Shown here piece after piece: positions 52,840 through 61,770 of a DNA stretch of 64,000 nt. The notes beneath the pieces are model-generated. The model did not search any database and was not told where the DNA came from. It saw only the letters and a program-made list of their open reading frames with translations. The translations under genes and the position numbers were made by a program. Position 1 is the stretch's first letter, and every line of letters starts with the position of its first letter. The DNA is from an uncultured Verrucomicrobiae bacterium (GTDB lineage Bacteria; Verrucomicrobiota; Verrucomicrobiia; Chthoniobacterales; JAFAMB01): assembly GCA_963837955.1 (NCBI GenBank), contig CAWIPH010000002.1, forward strand, positions 1,504,001 through 1,568,000. The letters are read 5' to 3'.

Positions 52840-53796
52840 ATGCGTCTCAAGCAGCCATCTGCCATCACCGATTCCGGCGCCGGGAATGTGTCCGCAAGGG
52901 ATGTCGGATCCGCCAGCGCCCCCAGACCCGATGTGCAGAAGTACGGGCGCGCCTCAATCGTATCAGGATTGTTGCGGAACGGAGCGCTCACCGTGTTCCT
53001 GCTCTACTGTCTATTACCTGCTATTTGGATCATCGTGGCCATGACCAAGGACAATGGCCAACTTTTCTCGACCTTTGGTTTTTGGTTTGCCAGCCCTCTT
53101 CATTTCTTTGAGAACGTCGTCGGCCTGTTTACTTATCAGGAAGGGATTTTTTTCCGCTGGTTTGGCAACTCCCTGCTTTATGCTGGATCCATCTCAATGG
53201 GCAGCACGCTCATTTGCGCAATGGGGGGCTATGCCTTTTCCAAGTACGATTTTCCTGCTAAGCAATTTCTGTTTAACTTCATCTTAGGGACGATCATGGT
53301 GCCCTCCACGGCATTAGTGCTTCCGTTATTTCTGATGTTGAACAAGATCGGCTTGGTTAACACTATGTGGGGCGTGATTCTGCCGAGCCTCGTCAATCCC
53401 TTCGGTCTTTATCTGATGAAAGTGTTCTGGGATTCGTCTTTCCCCAACGACTTGATCGAGGCTTCACGCCTGGAAGGCGCAAGCGAGCTGCAGATTTTCT
53501 GGCGCATCGGGATGCCGCTGATGCAGACGGGGCTAGTGACGGTGGCGCTACTGGCCTTTGTCGGCGCCTGGAACAACTTTTTCCTACCGTTAATCGTCCT
53601 GAACCAAGATAGCCTCTATCCGCTCACACTGGGGCTGAACGTCTGGAATAGCGTGAGCTCCAACGCGGGCGGAAAACCGGTCTATAACCTGATCGCTTTG
53701 GGTTCGCTGATCAGCGTGTTACCACTCCTCATCGCTTTTGTCGTGTTGGGCAAATACTGGCGCGGCGGCTTAACGGCGGGAGCCACGAAAGGATAG
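52840..53796 (+). CDS. Sugar ABC transporter permease
   Basis: [10 protein letters not shown] loop; C-terminal GLTAGATKG. Confidence 0.93.
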   Translation: MRLKQPSAITDSGAGNVSARDVGSASAPRPDVQKYGRASIVSGLLRNGALTVFLLYCLLPAIWIIVAMTKDNGQLFSTFGFWFASPLHFFENVVGLFTYQEGIFFRWFGNSLLYAGSISMGSTLICAMGGYAFSKYDFPAKQFLFNFILGTIMVPSTALVLPLFLMLNKIGLVNTMWGVILPSLVNPFGLYLMKVFWDSSFPNDLIEASRLEGASELQIFWRIGMPLMQTGLVTVALLAFVGAWNNFFLPLIVLNQDSLYPLTLGLNVWNSVSSNAGGKPVYNLIALGSLISVLPLLIAFVVLGKYWRGGLTAGATKG

Positions 53797-53802
53797 GTGT
53801 CG

Positions 53803-54210
53803 GTAAGGACGCGCTCCGGCGGTCGCCCGTGCGCGTCAACATAAGAGGAAGGATATGCGCCGAGAAGACTCGTCCCGCAGGGACTCAATGAAAGTAGCCC
53901 AGTACGAAGTGCTGGGGTGGCGTTCAAAAAAAACGACCCGTCCCGGACGGGACGATCGACGGCTCCCTACGCTGGTGAAGCTGCATACTAGAGGACCAGG
54001 AGCCAAAACACTTCTTTCGTCCCTGCCGGGACGGACGTCTCTTTTTGCATTATTTCCCAGCACTTCGTACTGGGCTACTTTCATTGAGTCCCTTCCTCCT
54101 CCGCCCTCCTGGCTACGGCGGACAAGCCGGGACGGCTCTTCTGCGCGTGCTTCTAAGCCTTATGTTGACGCACATGGACGGCCGCAGGACGAGCGGGAGC
54201 TCGTCCCTAC
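53803..54210. repeat. Four-level nested palindromic repeat cluster including REP family A copy 7 (53871-54134)
   Basis: Each level has recognisable paired arms (see findings). Confidence 0.82.
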
Positions 54211-54219
54211 CATCAAATT

Positions 54220-56298
54220 ATGAATAAGAGCTATTCCTACGATTCGTTCCTTTACGGGGTGGTTTACTACCCAGAGCAATGGCCGGAGGCCCAATGGGAT
54301 TCCGACCTTTCGCGTATTGCCCAGACCGGCATGAATGTAGTTCGGATGGGCGAAGGCGCCTGGAGTGTTTGGGAGCCTAAAGAAGGCTGCTATGATTTTG
54401 CCTTATTCGATCGCGCGCTTGAGCTCTGTCAGAAGCATGAGCTCAAAGCGATCATGGGTACACCCACCTACACGCCGCCGGCCTGGCTTACCGAACGTTA
54501 TCCGGAAGTGTTGCGTGTAAGTTTTGATGGAACGCCTCTAGTGCACGGTTCGCGACGTCACTACAATTATACGTCGCCGGTTTATCGGGAAAAGTCTCAG
54601 GCCATCACCGAGACACTGGCTCAGCATTATAGGGATCATCCTGCCGTGATCGGCTGGCAGATTGATAACGAACTGAACTGTCATCTGGACATTAGCTTCG
54701 CGGCGAGCGATCACGCAGCCTTTCGCGTTTGGTGCCAGGAGAAATACCAAACACTTGATGCCTTAAACCAGGCCTGGGGCACCGCCTTTTGGTCTCAGAT
54801 CTACACCGGCTGGGATCAAGTTTGGTTGCCGCGGCCCACGGTAACCTATCAGAACCCGAGCCTGCTTTTGGACTTTTTTCGGTTCACCTCCGACATGACG
54901 GTTCGGTTTGGAGCGATGCAACGCCAGATTATCAAGCGGATCGCACCGCACCAGTTCGTTACCCACAACGCCTTTCAAAGCATGACGAGCGTGGATCTGC
55001 CAAAGTTCGTGGAGGAGGCAGTCGATTTCGTGTCTTACGATTCTTATCCGGAATTCAAAGTATGCGACCTCACGTTGCCAGCGCGTTTCCGTGACCGTTC
55101 CGAATCCAGGCTCCTATCCAGGATGCGCGGAGTATCGGCAAAGTTCATGGTGTTAGAGCAGCAGTCGGGACCCAGTGGCCAAATCGGTGGCGTCTTGAAC
55201 GGCAATCCCGATTACCTCCATCCCACGCCCAAGCCAGGGCAGATGCGGCTCTGGTGCTGGAATTCGATCGCTCACGGTGCCGACGGCCTGCTTTTTTTTC
55301 GCTGGCGTTCGCTGCCGTACGGTTCCGAGGCCCATTGGAACGGACTGATCTACCATGACGAACGAAACGTGTGGCGATTGGAGGAAGCCAAACAGCTCGG
55401 CGAAGAAATCAAACGTCTGTCGGCGACGCTGACCGGTACCCGAGGCGTATCGCAGGCCGCGATCCTTTATGATTTTGATAATGAATCGCACGCTCGCATT
55501 GAGCGCCAGACCGGCAAACACCGGGAGTCCAACGAACTGAGTGTATATCAAGCCTTGTCCGAACGGCATCTGTCCGTTGACGTGCTGCCGCTCTCGAGTC
55601 TTCACACGGGTGGAGAGCTCAGCGACTACCAAATCGTTTTTTTCCCGCACGCACACGTGTTGACGGCTGCCGACATACCGCCTTTGCAAGCGTATGTGGA
55701 AGGGGGAGGCACCTTGGTCTTCGGTTGTTGGAGCGGCTATCGGAACCGAAACCACTGGTGCTATGACGCCGCCGGAAAAGCTTTTTACGAGGATCTGGTA
55801 GGTGTGCGGGTTGCAGATTTTACCGCGATGACTCCGGGCGAAAAGTCTGGCATGCGCTTCAGGGATTCAGCGTCTGTGCTGGAGGCGCCAATCTTCAATG
55901 AGATTCTGGCGGTGAATGGTAAGAGCACGCAGGTTCTGGGATCGTACACCTCCGATTACTATTCGGGTGAGCCAGCGGTGACTCTGCACCAGAAAGGGCG
56001 GGGAAGGGTAATCCATTTCGGCAGCTTCTTCACTCCGCAGAACGTGAGCGCATTGTTAGACGCGCTGACGATTGAAGATCCGTTAGCGACATGGGCAGAC
56101 ATTCCCGCCGACATTCAGGTTACGGTCCGTTCCAATGGCAGCGAAAGATTCTATTTTCTTTTAAACTTCACCGATACAACGCAGACGGCGGTTTTTAAGG
56201 AGTCGGTCTTTGATCTTTTGGGAAACCAAAAGCTCCAAGGTCACACAGAGATCCCGCCGTATGGCGTGCTCTTTGTGCGGCGCGGGGAACGCCGATAG
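54220..56298 (+). CDS. GH42 beta-galactosidase
   Basis: YYPEQW, EPKEG.YDF, TPTYTPPAW, WQIDNE, LNQAWGTAFWS and LEQQSG motifs. Confidence 0.93.
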   Translation: MNKSYSYDSFLYGVVYYPEQWPEAQWDSDLSRIAQTGMNVVRMGEGAWSVWEPKEGCYDFALFDRALELCQKHELKAIMGTPTYTPPAWLTERYPEVLRVSFDGTPLVHGSRRHYNYTSPVYREKSQAITETLAQHYRDHPAVIGWQIDNELNCHLDISFAASDHAAFRVWCQEKYQTLDALNQAWGTAFWSQIYTGWDQVWLPRPTVTYQNPSLLLDFFRFTSDMTVRFGAMQRQIIKRIAPHQFVTHNAFQSMTSVDLPKFVEEAVDFVSYDSYPEFKVCDLTLPARFRDRSESRLLSRMRGVSAKFMVLEQQSGPSGQIGGVLNGNPDYLHPTPKPGQMRLWCWNSIAHGADGLLFFRWRSLPYGSEAHWNGLIYHDERNVWRLEEAKQLGEEIKRLSATLTGTRGVSQAAILYDFDNESHARIERQTGKHRESNELSVYQALSERHLSVDVLPLSSLHTGGELSDYQIVFFPHAHVLTAADIPPLQAYVEGGGTLVFGCWSGYRNRNHWCYDAAGKAFYEDLVGVRVADFTAMTPGEKSGMRFRDSASVLEAPIFNEILAVNGKSTQVLGSYTSDYYSGEPAVTLHQKGRGRVIHFGSFFTPQNVSALLDALTIEDPLATWADIPADIQVTVRSNGSERFYFLLNFTDTTQTAVFKESVFDLLGNQKLQGHTEIPPYGVLFVRRGERR

Positions 56299-56409
56299 CG
56301 TCAGCACCAGCCAGAACTCCGAGAATGGGACTTGGACTGGAAGGGGGGAAGCTTGCTGCCGGAAAGCTGATGGGATGCAACGTGGTGGTTGTACATCGGA
56401 AGCGACTGG

Positions 56410-56570
56410 GTGCTGGCTTTCGGACCATCTGCCAAACCAGCGCCGCCTCATCGTAGTCCGCTTCGATCTCTCGCGGAACGCCGGAAGGAAGAGGCTGCCG
56501 TACTATTCCTTTGGGGCTTACAAGATATCTGGTCTTCGCGGAAGTCTTCGCCGACCGTGGTTCAGACGAT
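56410..56570 (-). pseudogene. DUF4145-like gene fragment
   Basis: PSGVPREIEADYDEAALV then, after a 1-nt shift, ADGPKAS; resembles the DUF4145 N-terminal helix. Confidence 0.5.
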
Positions 56571-56598
56571 GGAAGGCGCACAAGTTAGGCGTGACCCT

Positions 56599-57225
56599 TT
56601 AGACGATGCTAGCAACCACCGTGTCCACAGCAATAGTAACATGTAAACCAACAAACCTTGTTTCCTGCGCCGTATATCCACAAGTTCTTGAGCAATGATT
56701 TGAACATTGGGATGGGTCAGGAGAATAACCCTCGGCATTAATCTCATTCTTATATTTCAAGGATTTAATTATGTCCATTGCGGATAAATCTTTTGCACTC
56801 AGTGAAAGTTCAATTTCTTTGTAAAGCTCTCTCGCATTCACTAACATGGGATTTGCACTTTTTGGCACCTTGTATTTATCTTTGAAGGATTCCAGCTTCT
56901 TAACAATATCGATGAAAACATCATTCAAATTCTCAGCGACTGCTGTACTGATCGAAAATAATTTCCCTTGATTGGCTTTCGACAAATCACCAATAGCCGT
57001 TTCTATTTCATTTAGAACTTCATTCGCATCCACGATCTCATTTGTAACGGTTCCTGATTCGGGAGGGGCGGAGTTTGTGCTGGTTTGCGCCCTGGTTTCT
57101 GGCACAAAGCAAAAAACACCTGCCAATATCAACCACATAAACATTCCAGCTTCAGGGTCAGCCCCGAGGTGACATTTTAGAGTCATCATAATTGCAGGCT
57201 TGTTAGGATTGTGAAGCCATGTCAA
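56599..57225 (-). CDS. AT-rich exported protein, probably with a frameshifted Cys-rich C-terminus
   Basis: Signal-like MFMWLILAGVFCFVPETRAQ; CSNHCSRTC followed in the alternative frame by GNKVCWFTCYYCCGHGGC*. Confidence 0.6.
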   Translation of the reverse strand: MTWLHNPNKPAIMMTLKCHLGADPEAGMFMWLILAGVFCFVPETRAQTSTNSAPPESGTVTNEIVDANEVLNEIETAIGDLSKANQGKLFSISTAVAENLNDVFIDIVKKLESFKDKYKVPKSANPMLVNARELYKEIELSLSAKDLSAMDIIKSLKYKNEINAEGYSPDPSQCSNHCSRTCGYTAQETRFVGLHVTIAVDTVVASIV

Positions 57226-57662
57226 GTATGAATATTAAGTTTGCATCACAAAATAGATGGATGGGAGTGACGTGATCCCGTTTGCTGGACATTCCTAACG
57301 TAGAGTGCTGCCTGTTGTCAGGTGTGCTGGTTACGTTTAGGGAGTTGTTCCAAGGATGTCAACTGGAGTTCGGCCAGACTATTGACGAATGGATACGGTA
57401 ACGGAACACCGTTGGCCTAACCGAAATACCCGTCACGATGCAGCTGCAACTGCCGCCATTTTCAAACTAATCCTCCCAGGTCAGATCGACATCTGACTTG
57501 CGGTTGTCTTCATCCCATTGCTTCAGGTAGATTGACGGCAAAGGGTAAACGGTGTCTCTGATCGACCCTCGCTAAAAGCCTGGAAATCATTTGCTCTCGT
57601 TTGCATTGGTCCTGAGCGCACCCCTAGCGATCGGTCCGCTGTTTCAGTAGCGTTGAGCAAAA

Positions 57663-57926
57663 ATGAAAGACGAAACAGAAACAGCGATTCAGAAATTTTG
57701 CGAGCACTACACCGGCGGAAACACCATCATTAAACAAATTCGAGAGAACTTGGCAATGTCGTCAAGATCCATTGACAAAGCATCGGTGCAAGCCACCGAG
57801 AATTCTAAATCGTCTGATCACCTCGCAGAGGGTTTGAACACATTTACAAAATGGCTGATGATTGTCGGCGCTGCTAATTTCTTGGCTCTAGTGGTCCAGA
57901 TCGTAGTTGCTGTGATACACTATTAG
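57663..57926 (+). CDS. Small protein with a C-terminal TM helix
   Basis: Clean ORF with a hydrophobic tail. Confidence 0.55.
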   Translation: MKDETETAIQKFCEHYTGGNTIIKQIRENLAMSSRSIDKASVQATENSKSSDHLAEGLNTFTKWLMIVGAANFLALVVQIVVAVIHY

Positions 57927-58003
57927 TAAAGGATTCAGATGAAATAGGAGAAGCAAAGTAGATTGTATGTGAGAATCGGCTACAGTGAGCGGCTAGAGCC
58001 GTT

Positions 58004-58237
58004 CTAGTCCTTTAGGCTGGGGTGTTCGTAGGTTGGGTCGATGAGATGCTTAGCGGAGTGGATTGCTTCCTCTGTTGAAGGAAATACTGAAGCTCCGGCA
58101 ATTAGTTGCCCATCTAAGTATCCGGTAAGCATAACTAGTCTGCCGTTTATGTAGGCGTGAAAATAGGAATCATCCGCATCACTTGTGCTTACGTCAATCT
58201 TGCTGCCCTTGTATTCGAGGCTTATTACAGTCTTCAT
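58004..58237 (-). CDS. Small hypothetical protein coupled to the RelA/SpoT gene
   Basis: ATGA start/stop overlap with 58234..58971. Confidence 0.6.
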   Translation of the reverse strand: MKTVISLEYKGSKIDVSTSDADDSYFHAYINGRLVMLTGYLDGQLIAGASVFPSTEEAIHSAKHLIDPTYEHPSLKD

Positions 58238-58971
58238 TGCCGTTTCGCCTTCTTCTCCATCGAGGTTGGACCAGTCTTGCTCTCAAATTCGCGAAGCGAT
58301 AGGAAAACCGAATCGACGAGGCGTGAACAACCAGAGGTCATTCGTGCAAGGACCTTAATTTGCTCTCTGCAGGCGACGCTTTGGGTGGGACGAGGATAGT
58401 TAAACGAATGCGAAACTTCACCCCAAAGTTCCTCCGCTAACGTTCGCACCTGAATCTCGCATGTATACTTTGTCTTGGAGTTCGATCCTATTACATAATG
58501 AACGCTGGTGTACAAAGAGTCGCTGTCCTCAGTTTGGATACCAATGTCTCGGAAGTAATCGCGGGTTTCGTTGTCCCAAGTTTTCGCAACAGGACCTTCC
58601 ATGATTGGAAAAAGGCCCTCATTCAACGCCTCGCTCAGGTGATGATGAATGTCTTCCATTTGACGGGTGTGGAGATGAAGTAAGCGAATGCCCGCCAAAT
58701 CGTTAATCTTAGAAAAGAGATTTTCTTCTGTGATTTTGAACACACGCTTCTCCTGATTGGCCGCCTCTATTTTCTGCCGCAATTTGTCCCCAAGGTGGGA
58801 TGGTTCCTTTACTCTCCACTTCAATGAGTGAATCAGGCTAAAAAGCGGCTTCGTCTCTGAAATACGCCCCCGAACTTGGTCGGCGAATAGGCGAAATTCA
58901 GCGAGTTTGGATTCGAATTGCTGTACAAGACTTTCGACTAATTTCTCCTGTGACCGTGAGAGCGATGCCAT
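58234..58971 (-). CDS. Stand-alone RelA/SpoT-domain nucleotidyltransferase (small alarmone synthetase-like)
   Basis: RVKEPSHLGDK, NDLAGIR, YTSVHY and EIQVRT..EELWGEVSH motifs; no hydrolase or regulatory domains. Confidence 0.9.
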   Translation of the reverse strand: MASLSRSQEKLVESLVQQFESKLAEFRLFADQVRGRISETKPLFSLIHSLKWRVKEPSHLGDKLRQKIEAANQEKRVFKITEENLFSKINDLAGIRLLHLHTRQMEDIHHHLSEALNEGLFPIMEGPVAKTWDNETRDYFRDIGIQTEDSDSLYTSVHYVIGSNSKTKYTCEIQVRTLAEELWGEVSHSFNYPRPTQSVACREQIKVLARMTSGCSRLVDSVFLSLREFESKTGPTSMEKKAKRQ

Positions 58972-58976
58972 CAGAT

Positions 58977-59990
58977 TTACCTCTTCGGCTTCGATCTCAT
59001 AGGTCGCGTTTGTTCAATTATTCGTTTGGCGATTTGTCCAAACGAGTCTTTCGCCTCTGAAATGTGTTGGGGGTTCGATCTCGACGCATCTTTGAATGCA
59101 ACGCCCTGGGTCTGGGAGAGCGAAGCTAAGTTTCCGAAATCCTTGACTTGCCCGAGTTTAAACTGACTCATTCTTCCCACAGCGAGAGAGGAATCTACCA
59201 TCCGCAATGCAGCTACAACATCGCTATAAATGTGCTTCTCAATTTGAGAAAGATATTCACTTTGCCCTTCAACAACTTGTCCCCGGTAGACTCGAAACCT
59301 TTGCGGAATATACCCGAGTAATTTTGGGCGACCGGGGAGTACATAGAAATCATCGGGCGCTAGATCCAAAATTATTTTCCAGTCCCTCACCCAGGTAGCC
59401 AAAGTATGTCCAAGCGTCTTGAGGGCGCGGACTGAAAACAGGTCACAGGCAGCTGGAACAATAAAATAATCACAATCGAGCAAAATTACCCGCGTTAGCG
59501 GACCTATGTTTGGTCCAGAGTCATAGAACACAAAATCAATTTTTAATTTGTCGGCAACTTTGTTGACGAGAAGACTAAGTGCCCCTGTTCCTCGAAATCC
59601 TTTCGGCTTCCGCTGAAAACATTCTCCCCAAAAAGAGCTCAGCTCCATCTCGAACTCCGACAGCCGAAGATCGCCCGGGAGGAGAAAAATGTGGTTGCCC
59701 AGATCGATTGGCTCAACTTCGGATATACCCCCCGTAGCCTCCACTATCGGCTTGACGCCTGACCACAGCGTCTTCCCGTCAGGTCCGTCCGACTTGTCCA
59801 AGAAGTCGTCAACCACACCGCCCTCGACTAGGTAAGAGGTAAGATTACACTGCGGATCAGCGTCGACCAGAAGCACCCGCTTTCCAGCGTCAGCTAGTGC
59901 CGCAGCAATGTTAACGGTCAAAGTTGTTTTGCCGACTCCGCCCTTATGATTAAATATCGCGAGCCTGAGCGCCTTGTACCTCTTTTCCAC
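58977..59990 (-). CDS. Orphan ParA/Soj-family ATPase
   Basis: Deviant Walker A NHKGGVGKTT; DADPQCNLT; YDSGPNIG. Confidence 0.9.
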   Translation of the reverse strand: MEKRYKALRLAIFNHKGGVGKTTLTVNIAAALADAGKRVLLVDADPQCNLTSYLVEGGVVDDFLDKSDGPDGKTLWSGVKPIVEATGGISEVEPIDLGNHIFLLPGDLRLSEFEMELSSFWGECFQRKPKGFRGTGALSLLVNKVADKLKIDFVFYDSGPNIGPLTRVILLDCDYFIVPAACDLFSVRALKTLGHTLATWVRDWKIILDLAPDDFYVLPGRPKLLGYIPQRFRVYRGQVVEGQSEYLSQIEKHIYSDVVAALRMVDSSLAVGRMSQFKLGQVKDFGNLASLSQTQGVAFKDASRSNPQHISEAKDSFGQIAKRIIEQTRPMRSKPKR

Positions 59991-59992
59991 AG

Positions 59993-60583
59993 TTAACTCG
60001 ATTCGCTGTCCTTGTTGGCTGTCAGAGATCTCGGCCGCGAAGATTTTTTGGTCCTTCGAGGTCGAACTTTGGCCCGAACCGCTTTGGCTGCTACCCGATC
60101 AGGAAGAGCGTGTACATATTGTTCCCCTAGCGCGCCTAACTGCTTCATACCCTTAGTTGCCGGTACCAGAAATCCGACTTTAGTTGCATTGTCGACCGCG
60201 AAGGCGGCGTTCGAAAACTTAACGTGCGCGCTTTCCGTATTTAGCTTGCTAATATCTAGAGTCTTGAACTCCCGAACATTCCGGTAATGAGCCAGATAGT
60301 ATGCAAGGCAAGCCACGCGTTCCACATCCGAACGAGGATTTTTATCCAGAAGAAATTCTTTCGGTGATATGTTCGGGCGGTCGGAAAAAGGCCCTCCCGG
60401 AGTTTCGGTCGCGCCAGTCGCGTTTGCTACAACCGTCGCTTTCCGTAATGAATCCCCTTCGATACCAAGGAAAGTTATTGTAGTTTCTAGCAGCCTAATC
60501 TGCGTTTCTCTATCAAGAGCCTTCAGCGAAGAAACGATCGTTTGTAGGATCTCGAATTCGTCTATCTTACTACCTTCCGACAT
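59993..60583 (-). CDS. Hypothetical protein, possibly winged-helix, first gene of the ParA-RelA/SpoT operon
   Basis: 2-nt gap to the ParA gene; helical N-terminus, FLLDKNPRSDVERVACLAYYL core and basic tail; fold is an inference. Confidence 0.65.
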   Translation of the reverse strand: MSEGSKIDEFEILQTIVSSLKALDRETQIRLLETTITFLGIEGDSLRKATVVANATGATETPGGPFSDRPNISPKEFLLDKNPRSDVERVACLAYYLAHYRNVREFKTLDISKLNTESAHVKFSNAAFAVDNATKVGFLVPATKGMKQLGALGEQYVHALPDRVAAKAVRAKVRPRRTKKSSRPRSLTANKDSESS

Positions 60584-60950
60584 TTGGACCTCTCGATTCG
60601 TTATAGATTTGTTGAGCAATATTCAACGCGAAATTGTCGGTCTGCCGACGCCAACGGTATAGAGAGACTCTCTCCAACGAGGATCTCTGCCGCCGCGAAT
60701 CAAGCTGACTTAAGTTCAGTGTATCCTCGTAACTATCTGATGCCGTACAGATTACACCCGCTACTGGAAGTCAGCAATGCAGAAGAAACTATAGCCTTCG
60801 CCATGCCCTCGACTGATTTAGGCTAAGCTCAAATTTACCCGTCTCTCAGGGCGGCCAGAAAATGACTGTCAAAGACGTGCATCTTCCCGCGTTGCGGCAA
60901 ATGGCCTACGAAGTCCTAACGAGTCCCGAACTCCAAGCACTGGCCACTCC

Positions 60951-61247
60951 TTAGTGACTTCCCAAAAAATTTGATTTAATCGGCTCGAACTCTTTCCGGC
61001 TTATTTCAACAAGTTCAAAATCTGCCTTGGGTCTACCACTAGTCTTGTGTAGGTATTTGGGATCGTCCCGTAGCCATGGGCATTCAGCTTCCATCAACAT
61101 CCCCGCTAACCTGTCGCGTTGCCGTTCTAGAAATGGACGTTTAGTTTCTCCCGAGAATATTTTGCGCAGTTGTTCCGGATCTTCCTCTTTTCGAGGTGCG
61201 AGCACCGTGGCAATCCATAAGAGTATTTTGAGTAGGCGGATTTTCAC
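60951..61247 (-). CDS. Small hypothetical protein
   Basis: Shares the C-terminal GRPKADFELVEISRKEFEPIKS with 61347..61646. Confidence 0.4.
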   Translation of the reverse strand: MKIRLLKILLWIATVLAPRKEEDPEQLRKIFSGETKRPFLERQRDRLAGMLMEAECPWLRDDPKYLHKTSGRPKADFELVEISRKEFEPIKSNFLGSH

Positions 61248-61346
61248 GTGGGTAAAAATTGCCTGGACACCAATCTTGCCAGTTTGATCGTCCGAACCAA
61301 TTCGGATTCGGGATTTTGCAACGTTGCAAAAAAAGCTCTTAAGTTG

Positions 61347-61646
61347 TTAGAGCACTAGCGATTTAATCGGCTCGAACTCTTTCCGGCTTATTTCAACGAG
61401 CTCAAAATCTGCCTTTGGTCTGCCGGTTTTGTGCGATGCAGTGACCAGCGTTGCTGGTGCGCAATCGCCAATGGCAATCGGTTCTTTGGCTGGATCGCTC
61501 TTGAGATAAACGACGTAATGGCGGTCAAAATCTGGTATTGAATTGAGCATAGGGGTGAAAGTGTTCTTGTGAACATATCCCGTCAAGACTCGCCGCCGGG
61601 CAGAGCGTTGCCGAGACATGAGGAATGGCGTTGCCTTGGTGATCAA
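61347..61646 (-). CDS. Small hypothetical protein
   Basis: Shares the C-terminal block with 60951..61247. Confidence 0.4.
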   Translation of the reverse strand: MITKATPFLMSRQRSARRRVLTGYVHKNTFTPMLNSIPDFDRHYVVYLKSDPAKEPIAIGDCAPATLVTASHKTGRPKADFELVEISRKEFEPIKSLVL

Positions 61647-61770
61647 CTGCTTCGAATTTCCCGATGCGTCTACGCGCGCCCAGGTAAGTTAAAGCTGTCT
61701 GCGCGGCCGTACGTAAGAATGCGTATATACAAATCGTTGCTCAAGCCATAGAGATGCCAGTCATGAGTGA

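Noticed and set aside
58977..59990. Plasmid or chromosome partition locus
   Set aside because: No parB, parS array or rep gene nearby; the ParA is coupled to a RelA/SpoT gene instead.
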